Origin: Bacteroidales bacterium
GTDB lineage: Bacteria > Bacteroidota > Bacteroidia > Bacteroidales > WCHB1-69
Assembly (NCBI GenBank): GCA_024400635.1
Contig: JAKSMI010000007.1
Location: forward strand, 14,363 to 78,362
DNA: 64,000 nucleotides
Direction: 5' to 3'
The position numbers were made by a program, and so were the translations under genes. Positions 1 through 9,458 of the stretch are shown in pieces. The stretch's first letter is position 1; every line of letters begins with the position of its first letter. Below the pieces are notes generated by a model. That model searched no databases. It was given only the letters and a program-made list of their open reading frames with translations, and was not told where the DNA came from.

Positions 1-375
1 AGATTCTGCGACTTCATTAGCATAATCATCGTAGATGCTTTTGCGGAAAAAATTAGTGATTCGAGTTGTAGCACGCTTTACTTCGTCTTTTGAGATAATG
101 GGAATCTCTTCGTCTGGTTGAAAGATAGAAATGAAAAGATCAACAGTTTCATAATTGTCAGCGATAGCATAAGCATTGATTTTATGCTGATTTTTTGTGC
201 CTAACGCTTTTTCATCATAGGCAATATCTGCATTTTCTGTTTCTCCTGATTCTGCTAACATATCAACTACGTATCGGGTGAAAGTCTGTTCTTGAGAATC
301 ACCCTCTTCATTTGCGAGCTGACGTGCAAGGATTTCTTGAATAAAAGATTTGTAAAACTTGCTTACTTCTTTCAT
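1..375 (-). CDS. AIPR-family (abortive infection phage resistance, MzaE-like) protein, N-terminal part, runs off window
   Basis: Not in ORF track. ATG at 375 overlaps the TGA of the upstream gene (ATGA). Manual translation MKEVSKFYKSFIQEILARQLANEEGDSQEQTFTRYVVDMLAESGETENADIAYDEK...KINAYAIADNYETVDLFISIF resembles AIPR N-termini and sits in the usual position after DUF4420. Confidence 0.75.
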   Translation of the reverse strand, partial: MKEVSKFYKSFIQEILARQLANEEGDSQEQTFTRYVVDMLAESGETENADIAYDEKALGTKNQHKINAYAIADNYETVDLFISIFQPDEEIPIISKDEVKRATTRITNFFRKSIYDDYANEVAES

Positions 376-1382
376 AAGTTTTGGATATCTGAGATAACTT
401 GATTTTCTGTAACTAAATAGTTGTCACACATTGCAAGAACAATGGAATAAGTAACATTTCCAACACCGTCTCGCAACTCATTTTCTTTGATGCGTGGAAA
501 GTCCTCATCAATGCGATATAGTTTTTCAAATCGAATTTGATAATATCTGTCTTTGTATAGATTAGCTTGTGTGTCGGTGTATCCTGCTTCAAATAATTTT
601 GCATTGAATGTTGTAAGGGCAGGAATATCCGCAGTTAAGATACTGCGAATATCCGCGATTTTATCGCATAAGGTTTGACCATTTGCCTTGGAAGTTTCAA
701 CAGAGCAATGATATAAGTATAGAGACTCCAATAATGTCTCGTCCAATTGTCGTTCACTACTTATTTTCACGTCTTGGGGGTTGCTTGTTGCGGTTGTTTT
801 CACTTCTACAGCCCAATTTGAGCCTTGAAAATCACGCAATGCCTTATCTACACCAACCCATGTTCGTAATACGTCAGATGCTTGAAGTCCTGATTTGACA
901 AGTATTTTCTGAAGGAAATTCAATTCCCCGTATAAACCTTGTTGTTCTGCTGGAGAAAGCCCATTGAAGTTAATTTTGTCAAACATTGACTTCCACTTAT
1001 ACAATTGGTTGATAATTGTTCTTACACGTTCCTTTTCTGAAGTTATATCTATAACAGATTGTATAACATTATCACAAAGTGTTGCAAAAATATCTCTATT
1101 GTATGGAGTTAATAATTGGATAGTAAGTAATCGTGTGTTATCAAAACTATGGTCGGCTACTAACGAAACTTTCAAATCTTTTAAGTTTTCAAACGCACTG
1201 ATATCAATACGGAAATTATCACTGATAACAAAAGCTATTCCGTAATATCTTTCTGGATATTGGTATGTAACATAGATATGAAAAGGTTTGTTGCTTTGAA
1301 ACAACCTTTTAAAGTGTCCGTTTGATTGACTTTGTTCTAATTCATTCCAAAGTTCAAGTATGTGATTGTTATTCATTGCCAT
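372..1382 (-). CDS. PD-(D/E)XK motif protein (DUF4420, MzaD-like)
   Basis: QQGLYGEL, DF...AVEVKTT, ISSERQLD motifs; directly follows the Z1 gene. Confidence 0.85.
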   Translation of the reverse strand: MAMNNNHILELWNELEQSQSNGHFKRLFQSNKPFHIYVTYQYPERYYGIAFVISDNFRIDISAFENLKDLKVSLVADHSFDNTRLLTIQLLTPYNRDIFATLCDNVIQSVIDITSEKERVRTIINQLYKWKSMFDKINFNGLSPAEQQGLYGELNFLQKILVKSGLQASDVLRTWVGVDKALRDFQGSNWAVEVKTTATSNPQDVKISSERQLDETLLESLYLYHCSVETSKANGQTLCDKIADIRSILTADIPALTTFNAKLFEAGYTDTQANLYKDRYYQIRFEKLYRIDEDFPRIKENELRDGVGNVTYSIVLAMCDNYLVTENQVISDIQNL

Positions 1383-4188
1383 AATCTACGTCATTATCGT
1401 TATCAAAAATTTCTTCGGTTGAAGCAATATCGGCAATTGTATTCACCTGATAGGAAACTGCTTCTCCAGTATCTGTTCGAGGAAATGAAATTGCAAAACC
1501 TATAAATGGTTCATCTTGTGTCGTATAAGCTTCTGTTCCTTGTATTGTATTGCCGTTATTATCTTTGACATTCGCTCCTTCAGGATTTAAAGGATATATC
1601 AAAAGTAAAGGATTTGTTTTTGAACGGAACTCTTTACGGACAAGTTCTGGTGATGGATAATCGTGTGTCCAATCTTCTCCTTTTTCTCTTTTTCTTTCAA
1701 TTGTAACTTGAAGAGCTCTTTCGATTATATTCTCATCTAAATCAATGAACTCTTCCTTTTGATTACCTACAATATGATTTTTGCGAATGAAGTATGTGTC
1801 TAAATCATTTGTGTCTTTTGAACGGTTACGAGTCCAGCAACCAACCGTCATTTCATTTGAGAAAGAATGGTTGGATAACGAATTGTCTTTACTTAAAAGA
1901 GCAACACTCCAAGAGGTTAATTCCCCTTGATTTGATAGTTTACGAATGTATTCACAAATCAAATCAAGATTTACTTTCTTCAAGTCAGCAGGTAATTTGA
2001 AATTACTAAAGTAGTCACATATATTTTGAGGTAAAACATTCCTCCATAGATAATTGTTTCCTTTTCTTTCTGCCTCGCCCAACGATGAAATAAAGTCATC
2101 AGTAACCATTAAATTACTTCTTTTGATACTTTTTGACATTGGCAGTTGATAAGTCTCTATCAAACGTCCCGCCCACGAAACTTGAATGGTTTTAGAATTA
2201 TACATTTTGTTTACAGCTGTGATTTGAAGCACACCAGGATGAGTGCGAACCTTTAATGCATAATCGTTAGGCGTACCACCAGATTCATACAAGTAGTTAA
2301 ACTCATCACGTAGTTCTTCACTTGCTAATGTAATGTGCCTAAACCACTCGTTAAGTTCGCCACTAGTGAAGAGTCTGCATAAGTCAACATATCCAGGACG
2401 ATAACCAAACCAACGCCCCATCTGCATCAACGTGTCATACATTTTAGAAGCACGCAAGAAATAACTTACAGAAAGACCTTCCAAGGTTAGACCTCGAGAC
2501 AACTTGTCTCCGCCAATTGCAATTACAGAGATGCCTTTCTCTTCGTTCAATTGATAATCTATAATGTCGCCAGACGAACCATTTATCGATTTGACTTCGA
2601 TTTTCTGAACGGCTCTATAAAGGTTCGCTTTTACTATCTCCCAATCGTGAACTTGTATTTTATTGTCAATTAACTTGAGATTTGAATTTAAAATCTTATT
2701 CGAGATTGTTTTATATGAACTATAGTTATATGTATCTTCTTCGAATATCTGTCTAAACTCCTCCAAAATAGTGGCATCACTTGCTTCAATTTCGTGTTTG
2801 TAGAACTTGAATTGACGGTCAACCAATTCTTTAATTGCATTTTGCCATACCTGATAACGGGAAACGTGAATAAGCATAGAATTATGCTTATGTTCTTGCC
2901 CTCTAACAATTCTAATGGCGCAAGTAATTATGAAGCATTTAATAGCAATCTTAAGCGATTCAGGAATATCCTCGAAAGTGGGTTTATCATCATCTTTATG
3001 ATGCCCTTCTGGAATAAATTGACTATAATCATCTATAGCTGTAACGATGGGTAGTAGATTATCATCGTTCTCAGTCGGGTTAACGGAAGTCCCGAACACT
3101 TTATCCGGTCCAATATAGTTTGATGGAGCAGGAATATTAATGATAAAATCTCTTGGGAATAAGTCATCTTCGTTATTTGCAGCAATGAAGATGTTTGCAA
3201 AAGGCGTTGCTGTGTAGCCCACATAAGCAGAACGTGTAAACAACCCGATGATATTTCTAATTCCATCATTGATTGCAGTCGGATTTGCATCAGGATCTCT
3301 TCTCGTATTTATCGATGCATTGTCCGCTTCATCATCTATCATTAGCAATGCCTTTTGTGTTATGGGCGAATTGTTGTTCTTTTGCCTCAACCAAGTATAT
3401 AGACGTTTTAGAACTGTTGTGTTTTTCTTTACTACAAGTATAATAGGTTGAGGTGCATTAAAATTAAGACCAGTTGCATTTGCCGCCCTACTTGTGAAAT
3501 CTCCTTTATCTAAACTTGTGGTATAGGAATGTGCAATTGCATCATCAAATCCAACAATTCTACCCACGCCAATCCTCGACGTAAGCCTAGTTTGATAGTT
3601 TCTATCAGCACCAGTATCAAAGCCAAGGAATCCTTCGTCAATACGAATTTGTGTTTGTGAACGTAGATTATTATGAATACCAGCAAGTACAATAATAACT
3701 TTGAATCCTGCGTCTGCTGCTTTACAAATTAACCCCGTATAGTTTGCCGTTTTACCAGATTGAACTTGACCGACAACCAAGCCCTTTTTGGAAATTTGAA
3801 TATCGGTATTCTGTGGATTAAATAGATGGTCAAGAATACTATCTGTCAAATCGTCATTTTTTTGTATGACAGAATCTGCAAAGCCTTTTTGCTCAGCCAA
3901 GTATTTCTTGTAACGTATCCAGAACTTCCAATAGCCTGCATCATGATTTGCTTTAAAATCTTTCAACCAAGGTTCTTTTCTTTCTTTTCCAGTTAGAATT
4001 TGATAATTCTCAACACGTGTGTTATACAAAGTGCTTAGTTCCTCAAACAATCTATTAGCATCCAAACTTTGGTAGTCTGGCATGCATAGAACATTAGAAA
4101 TAGCATTCTTTATAATGTCATCGGTTACAGATTGGAATGGTATCATTAATCTGCATAAATTTATAGCTCTTTCAAACAACTCGTTCAT
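1369..4188 (-). CDS. Z1-domain SF2 helicase-like protein (MzaC-like)
   Basis: GQVQSGKT Walker A, IDDEAD Walker B, YTATPFAN, GGDKLSRGLTLEGL and DTLMQMGRWFGYR motifs. Confidence 0.9.
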   Translation of the reverse strand: MNELFERAINLCRLMIPFQSVTDDIIKNAISNVLCMPDYQSLDANRLFEELSTLYNTRVENYQILTGKERKEPWLKDFKANHDAGYWKFWIRYKKYLAEQKGFADSVIQKNDDLTDSILDHLFNPQNTDIQISKKGLVVGQVQSGKTANYTGLICKAADAGFKVIIVLAGIHNNLRSQTQIRIDEGFLGFDTGADRNYQTRLTSRIGVGRIVGFDDAIAHSYTTSLDKGDFTSRAANATGLNFNAPQPIILVVKKNTTVLKRLYTWLRQKNNNSPITQKALLMIDDEADNASINTRRDPDANPTAINDGIRNIIGLFTRSAYVGYTATPFANIFIAANNEDDLFPRDFIINIPAPSNYIGPDKVFGTSVNPTENDDNLLPIVTAIDDYSQFIPEGHHKDDDKPTFEDIPESLKIAIKCFIITCAIRIVRGQEHKHNSMLIHVSRYQVWQNAIKELVDRQFKFYKHEIEASDATILEEFRQIFEEDTYNYSSYKTISNKILNSNLKLIDNKIQVHDWEIVKANLYRAVQKIEVKSINGSSGDIIDYQLNEEKGISVIAIGGDKLSRGLTLEGLSVSYFLRASKMYDTLMQMGRWFGYRPGYVDLCRLFTSGELNEWFRHITLASEELRDEFNYLYESGGTPNDYALKVRTHPGVLQITAVNKMYNSKTIQVSWAGRLIETYQLPMSKSIKRSNLMVTDDFISSLGEAERKGNNYLWRNVLPQNICDYFSNFKLPADLKKVNLDLICEYIRKLSNQGELTSWSVALLSKDNSLSNHSFSNEMTVGCWTRNRSKDTNDLDTYFIRKNHIVGNQKEEFIDLDENIIERALQVTIERKREKGEDWTHDYPSPELVRKEFRSKTNPLLLIYPLNPEGANVKDNNGNTIQGTEAYTTQDEPFIGFAISFPRTDTGEAVSYQVNTIADIASTEEIFDNDNDVDYGNE

Positions 4189-5663
4189 AATTCATCAATT
4201 AAATCTTCGTAATTATTAAATGGTTCAACTGCTTTAAGAAATGCCTTTGCTTGGGCATTAGACATTCCTTGAGCCAATTGATTGTTATACATGGTTTTTA
4301 GCATATTTCGGACAACATTGGTATCCATATCTGAATAAGGTTGCTTTTGTCCGACTTCATTTTGTGCTTTATCAATGTATATTGTTTCCGTTGGAATTGC
4401 TTCTTCAATAAATTTGAGTAGCGTCTCAATGGCTTGTTCTGGCTTGTCCTTGGCCAACAATTTTATACTTTGAATCATTGCGTGGTCACGATTAACCACA
4501 AAAGACCATTTGTCATCTTTTTTCTTTTCAAGCCAAAGTGGTTGAAAACAAGTTCCTGCACGTTGCTTGAGGATTTTTCCACGATGGCGATACACTTCAC
4601 AACCCGCTGCTCGAACATCGTTAGCATAGGCTCTAAGTTGCTCGATGCATTTTGCAGGAGGATAGGCTTTTGATTTTTTTATATCAATCTGCCAATCAAA
4701 ATCAAGATTATTAGGTATGTCTATCTGTATTCGAACCAACTTATAATGCTCCTCTTTTCGGAATAGTCCGAGCCAATCACCTGCTAACAATAGCCGATTG
4801 CCTCTATAGACATAAAAACCTTGTTGAGCAGACCAGCCATTAGTCCCTTCCGCACGTTTGAATGCTTCCTCTGATGAAAATTGATTTTTGTGAGGCAATA
4901 CAAACCCCTTCATTGTCGCACCACTGCCAAATCCTATGGCGTCAGTTGGTTTTACCTGAGTTGCTGGCTCGTCTAAACAAAATGGATTCCAAGGTTCTAT
5001 AGGAAAATCACCCCAATAGATAGTTATGCTTTTGCTTTCAATGAAACGATGGAAAGTCATTGCTATATGTCGTTTTACTCTATCTAATGCGTGAGAAAAC
5101 TTTTCCTGTGCATTTTGATTCGTTATATTTGTGTCGAGAGATACAATTCTATCTAAATCCGACCAAACAACAATAGTTCCAGATTTTTTATCATCCAATG
5201 AATGTTCAAATTCTTCGGGAATCCACTTTACAAGTTCCCATTGGTCGCTTTGTGCAATATAATCTAAATCCCATGACCAATAAACAGAAGCATAATTTTC
5301 CTTTCGACTAATGACAGATAATTTTCTACATTGAGAGAAAGATGCAGTTTTTAGACCTAACCCAAAACGACCTAAATCAGTTTCGCTTCGTTGTTCTAAT
5401 GGGTTTTGAGCACCAGGACATAGTGCTAAAACGAGTTCGTCATTGTTCATTCCACAACCATCATCTTCTATAGATATTATAGAATTACCACCTCTCCAAA
5501 TACGACTTACGCGAATATTTTTCGCACCTGCGGAGATGGAATTATCTATGATATCAGCGACAGCAGTTTCCAAACTATAACCAATAGCCCGAAAAGTCTC
5601 AATCATAGATGAGGCTTTGGGTATGGCGGATTGCTTTGCTATGTTTTTGTAATCTATAGACAT
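4185..5663 (-). CDS. MORC/MutL-like GHKL ATPase (HATPase_c_3, MzaB-like)
   Basis: ADIIDNSISAGA, IEDDGCGM, DLGRFGLGLKTASFSQC, QQGFYVYRGNRLL and IDIKKS motifs. Confidence 0.9.
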   Translation of the reverse strand: MSIDYKNIAKQSAIPKASSMIETFRAIGYSLETAVADIIDNSISAGAKNIRVSRIWRGGNSIISIEDDGCGMNNDELVLALCPGAQNPLEQRSETDLGRFGLGLKTASFSQCRKLSVISRKENYASVYWSWDLDYIAQSDQWELVKWIPEEFEHSLDDKKSGTIVVWSDLDRIVSLDTNITNQNAQEKFSHALDRVKRHIAMTFHRFIESKSITIYWGDFPIEPWNPFCLDEPATQVKPTDAIGFGSGATMKGFVLPHKNQFSSEEAFKRAEGTNGWSAQQGFYVYRGNRLLLAGDWLGLFRKEEHYKLVRIQIDIPNNLDFDWQIDIKKSKAYPPAKCIEQLRAYANDVRAAGCEVYRHRGKILKQRAGTCFQPLWLEKKKDDKWSFVVNRDHAMIQSIKLLAKDKPEQAIETLLKFIEEAIPTETIYIDKAQNEVGQKQPYSDMDTNVVRNMLKTMYNNQLAQGMSNAQAKAFLKAVEPFNNYEDLIDEL

Positions 5664-5665
5664 TA

Positions 5666-6958
5666 TTATTGTGGGATTTGTTCAAGTATTTTTTGTGCTA
5701 TCTTTTCGGCAAGAAGTACGGGTACGGCATTCCCAATTTGCTTAAAAGCAGCACTACGACTTCCTTCAAAGAAAAAATCATCAGGGAAAGATTGTAAACG
5801 TGCCGCCTCTCGGATTGATATTGAGCGAACATTTTCAATTGTCGGCTTAGGGGTTGGATAAATGTAATAATGACCATCCATTGCAATATGAGCGACAACA
5901 GTATGACAACAACCATCAGGATTTACAACTGAGAATCGATTTAAAAACGTTTCTTTATTTTTATGTTTCTGATGGTCTGCTGGTATTTCTTTATATGATA
6001 ATTGTTTTTGCTCTTTAAGAAACTTCTGAATTGCCCATACATAAATCTCTCTGTCATTTAAGTTGTTAGGCCTTGCAATATGTTGTGTTGTAAATGGCAA
6101 AACACCACGAAGACGATTCCTTTGTAAATATTCCATTTCCGACAACTCTTTTGCATAATTCACTGCACCACATAAAGTTCCCTCTCCTGCTTTAAGTGTC
6201 GGTAAATCTGAGAACAAATCCCTCATTACTTTATATGGGGTTTCTCGTTTTTGAAAATCTGGATAGTGATAGTTGGTTGGGACACCGTTATCATCAAAAA
6301 GTTTCCAGCCAATGATAATCATACGTTGGCGTTTTTGTAGTACTCCAAAATCAGAAGCAAGTTGAATATTGCCTTTTATGTCATACCCTAAGTCTCTAAC
6401 CAGACGTTGTAAATCTTCGTATGGTTTTCCACCTTTCGCAGTCCTTATTGATGGTACATTTTCAAATACAAACATCTTGGGTTTGTATTTATCCAAAAAT
6501 TGAACATAAAATTTATACAACTCGTTTCGAGGGTCATCTTCTATTTTTTTTCCTAAACGAGCACGACCTGCAACAGAATATGCTTGACAAGGAGGTCCAC
6601 CTATTATAATATCAATAGGTTGTTCATGAGCAAGGTCATCAACTTTGGCAAATATATCGTGTATCGTATTTTCTCCTATTTCAGCTTGAATAACGCTATC
6701 GATAACTTCTTTGGGAACTTGATTCCAAAGTTTACTTCCATCTTCTTTTTCTTTCTTATTGCGAAGATAATCTTCGTAAATGTTCAGTTGATTATTTTTG
6801 TTTAAATAATGGAAAGCCGCACGCGTACGCAATGTGTCGCATGCATATTTATCCATTTCTATATGCGCTATTGGTTCGAAGCCCGCCCTAATAAAACCTT
6901 CAGACAAACCACCTGCACCAGCGAATAAATCGATGAAAGTATATTTCTTTTTCGCCAT
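5666..6958 (-). CDS. dcm: DNA (cytosine-5)-methyltransferase
   Basis: FAGAGG (motif I), GGPPCQ (IV), FENV (VI), QKRQR (VIII), REAARLQSFPD (IX), QIGNAVP (X). Confidence 0.95.
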   Translation of the reverse strand: MAKKKYTFIDLFAGAGGLSEGFIRAGFEPIAHIEMDKYACDTLRTRAAFHYLNKNNQLNIYEDYLRNKKEKEDGSKLWNQVPKEVIDSVIQAEIGENTIHDIFAKVDDLAHEQPIDIIIGGPPCQAYSVAGRARLGKKIEDDPRNELYKFYVQFLDKYKPKMFVFENVPSIRTAKGGKPYEDLQRLVRDLGYDIKGNIQLASDFGVLQKRQRMIIIGWKLFDDNGVPTNYHYPDFQKRETPYKVMRDLFSDLPTLKAGEGTLCGAVNYAKELSEMEYLQRNRLRGVLPFTTQHIARPNNLNDREIYVWAIQKFLKEQKQLSYKEIPADHQKHKNKETFLNRFSVVNPDGCCHTVVAHIAMDGHYYIYPTPKPTIENVRSISIREAARLQSFPDDFFFEGSRSAAFKQIGNAVPVLLAEKIAQKILEQIPQ

Positions 6959-6961
6959 AAC

Positions 6962-7177
6962 TCACCCTTTTATCAGTTCATAGAGTTCCATTTCGAGGCC
7001 ATTGGCCACGGCGAGCAGTGTATAGTAGGTGGGGTTGCGCTCTCCGCGTTCAAGCATGCCTATGTAGTTGCGGTTTATCTGGCACTTGTCGGCCAATTCA
7101 TATTGGGTAAAACCTTTCCGCAAACGGAATTTCTTTATCTTTTCTCCCAAATCAAGGAGTGCTTTTTTATCGTCCAT
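6962..7177 (-). CDS. XRE-family HTH, R-M controller (C) protein-like
   Basis: LGEKIKKFRLRKGFTQYELA...RNYIGMLERGERNPT; immediately upstream of the methyltransferase; ATG at 7177 preferred over the track start. Confidence 0.85.
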   Translation of the reverse strand: MDDKKALLDLGEKIKKFRLRKGFTQYELADKCQINRNYIGMLERGERNPTYYTLLAVANGLEMELYELIKG

Positions 7178-7184
7178 AATACCT

Positions 7185-7193
7185 ACTATAAGT
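7185..7193 (-). promoter_or_regulatory. C-box-like operator core ACT-TAT-AGT
   Basis: Minus strand ACTTATAGT about 8 nt before the HTH ATG; matches the core of the GACT-TAT-AGTC C-protein operator. Confidence 0.45.
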
Positions 7194-7202
7194 GTTATCA
7201 CA

Positions 7203-7238
7203 AAACAAAAGCGGAGTGCTTTTCAGCACCCCGCTTTC
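7203..7238 (-). terminator. Intrinsic terminator-like hairpin
   Basis: Minus strand AAAGCGGGGTGCT-GAAA-AGCACTCCGCTTTTGTTTT. Confidence 0.6.
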
Positions 7239-7530
7239 AATAAAATTCATCATTGAGGTTTGCACCTCAACTTTATTCCTTATCTTATTCATTTTTCATT
7301 TGCCAATTGTTATAAACTCTTCCCGTGTCCAGAGGTTTCTTTGTGCCATAATTTTTCAAATTCTAATTCATTGACCTTCTTTTTCCATACCCAACCGCAG
7401 CAAATCTTCAGCAACGCATCTCTTCCTCTACTTTGTTTTGATTTCCCAGATCTGAACGGCGAAGAATGATGTCTTTCTCTACTGTCGAGCCTGCTGCCGT
7501 CCAACGGACGGAAACTTTATTTTTGTCAGC

Positions 7531-7562
7531 ACACAGTTGTACAATTTATTGTACAACTGTGT
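7531..7562. repeat. Perfect 15-bp inverted repeat with 2-nt spacer
   Basis: ACACAGTTGTACAAT-TT-ATTGTACAACTGTGT. Confidence 0.95.
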
Positions 7563-7570
7563 ATTGATTT

Positions 7571-7580
7571 TGCAAAATTA
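7571..7580 (-). promoter_or_regulatory. Bacteroidetes -7 promoter element (leftward)
   Basis: Minus strand TAATTTTGCA fits TAnnTTTG. Confidence 0.5.
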
Positions 7581-7661
7581 CAAAAAAATCTCAAATTTAT
7601 TCTTGAAAAATATAACTGTGCAAATTCAACACCTAAACGATTAAACATTAAAAAAAATCTG

Positions 7662-7671
7662 TAACTTTGCA
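7662..7671 (+). promoter_or_regulatory. Bacteroidetes -7 promoter element for the nadE operon
   Basis: TAACTTTGCA about 50 nt upstream of nadE. Confidence 0.55.
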
Positions 7672-7719
7672 TTTCATTTTGCATATTACGTTTGTGAGCT
7701 TTTGTTTTATTAATATTTT

Positions 7720-8556
7720 GTGGAAATGACTATACCAGGTTCAAACTTCTTCCCATTCATGACCGATGAAAGCCAGTTGCGGCAAACAGCTGCAACCATC
7801 CGCGAAACAATGAGCCAGTACATTCAACACTGCAACTTGCAGTCACTCGTGCTCGGAATCTCCGGTGGCATCGATAGCGCCCTCTGCGCCGCACTCCTGC
7901 GCCCCGTCTGCGAACAAAACAATATCCCACTCATCGGCCGCTCCATCACTATCGAAACCAATCCCAATGATGAGGTTGCCCGCTCTCTGATGGTCGGCAA
8001 GGCCTTCTGTCCCGACTTCCAACATCTCGACCTGACCGAGACTTTCTTCGAAAATAAAAAGCTTTTGATCAATTACGATGCTTCACAACTGTCGAAAATG
8101 CGTCAGGGAAATATGAAAGCCCGTATGCGTATGATGATTCTCTACGACCTCGCTCAACTCAACCGCGGCATCGTTATTTCTACCGATAATTATACTGAGT
8201 ATTTGACTGGATTCTGGACCCTCCATGGCGATGTTGGCGACTACGCTCCCATCATGAACCTCTGGAAAACCGAAGTCTTCAACCTCGCCAAAGTACTGCT
8301 CTCAGAGTGCAATCCAGACCAGTTTGCAGCCCTCGATGCCTGTATCAAGGCTACTCCCGTCGATGGCCTTGGTATCAGCAGCTGCGACTGCGAGCAACTC
8401 GGTATGCCTAACTATTACGAGGTCGACAAGTTGTTCGCTGCTTATTTCAATGGCGACAAAAGTCTTGAAGACCACACGCTGATTCAGCGCTACAAACGCT
8501 CACAGTACAAACGCGAAAATCCAATGTCAATTCCTCGCGAAAATCTGTGTCATTAA
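7720..8556 (+). CDS. nadE: NH3-dependent NAD+ synthetase (single domain)
   Basis: LGISGGIDSA PP-loop, GNMKARMRMMILY, STDNYTE, LWKTEV; no glutaminase domain. Confidence 0.88.
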   Translation: MEMTIPGSNFFPFMTDESQLRQTAATIRETMSQYIQHCNLQSLVLGISGGIDSALCAALLRPVCEQNNIPLIGRSITIETNPNDEVARSLMVGKAFCPDFQHLDLTETFFENKKLLINYDASQLSKMRQGNMKARMRMMILYDLAQLNRGIVISTDNYTEYLTGFWTLHGDVGDYAPIMNLWKTEVFNLAKVLLSECNPDQFAALDACIKATPVDGLGISSCDCEQLGMPNYYEVDKLFAAYFNGDKSLEDHTLIQRYKRSQYKRENPMSIPRENLCH

Positions 8557-8590
8557 TCTTTTATATTATTGATAATAAATAGAATAATCT

Positions 8591-9451
8591 ATGGAAAAGT
8601 TCATTCAGGTGATTGTTGATGCTGGCGCAACCAAGACGGCATTCGCGGTTTTGGGCGGCAAGGACTTGGTGCACGAATTCGTGGGCACTGGCATCAATGC
8701 CAACTACTCCACCGATGAGCAAATCAATAAGGTGTTCGACCATTTTGTGGATTCTTTGCCGAAGGCTTATCATAAACCTGAAAAAATAACCTACTACGGA
8801 GCGGGTTGTGCCAGCGAACAGAATGCTATGCGCATTGCTGCCGTTATTGCCAGCCGGTTCCCTAAAGCGACTTTCAGTATTTATTCCGACCTGATGGAGG
8901 CTTGCCATGCTTTGTGTGGAAATAATTCGGGCCTTGTTGCCATTCTCGGTACCGGCTCCAGTTCCTGCCTCTACGATGGCAATATCATTGTTAAGCGAGC
9001 TCCTTCGCTTGGCTATCTCATTGGCGATGAAGGCAGTGGTACACATCTTGGCAAAAAGTTGATAACCAGCTATATGATGGGTAAATTGCCAATGTTTCTC
9101 CTTGATGAAATCGAAAAGGACTTCGACCTTACACCCGAAAAAGTGATTCAGCGAATTTATCGCAAAGCCAGTCCGAACAAGTTTTTTGCATCCTTTTCTC
9201 CCTTTATTGAAAAATATCTGAAAGAGCCGGCCGTTAAAAAAATATGCAAGGATTCCTTTGGCGAATTTTTCGACAATCAAGTGGGGTATTATGATAAGGA
9301 TTCATACAACCAACTACATTTGATGGGCTCGATTTCATTCCATTTCAAGGATGTGATCGCAGAGGTGGCTGAAGAAAAAGGAATACCATTGGGTACAATT
9401 ATCGGCTCGCCGATGTCATTATTAAAAGCATATCATACTGAAAATTTATAA
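8591..9451 (+). CDS. BadF/BadG/BcrA/BcrD ATPase, N-acetylglucosamine kinase-like
   Basis: VDAGATKT, YGAGC, ILGTGSSS, SLGYLIGDEGSG. Confidence 0.85.
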   Translation: MEKFIQVIVDAGATKTAFAVLGGKDLVHEFVGTGINANYSTDEQINKVFDHFVDSLPKAYHKPEKITYYGAGCASEQNAMRIAAVIASRFPKATFSIYSDLMEACHALCGNNSGLVAILGTGSSSCLYDGNIIVKRAPSLGYLIGDEGSGTHLGKKLITSYMMGKLPMFLLDEIEKDFDLTPEKVIQRIYRKASPNKFFASFSPFIEKYLKEPAVKKICKDSFGEFFDNQVGYYDKDSYNQLHLMGSISFHFKDVIAEVAEEKGIPLGTIIGSPMSLLKAYHTENL

Positions 9452-9458
9452 TACCGTT

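Noticed and set aside
7310-7504. 64-aa ORF between the defence operon and nadE
   Set aside because: Weak start, no recognisable motifs; the region looks like gene debris or regulatory DNA
8561-9280. 239-aa minus-strand ORF
   Set aside because: Antisense shadow of the BadF-type kinase; no motifs
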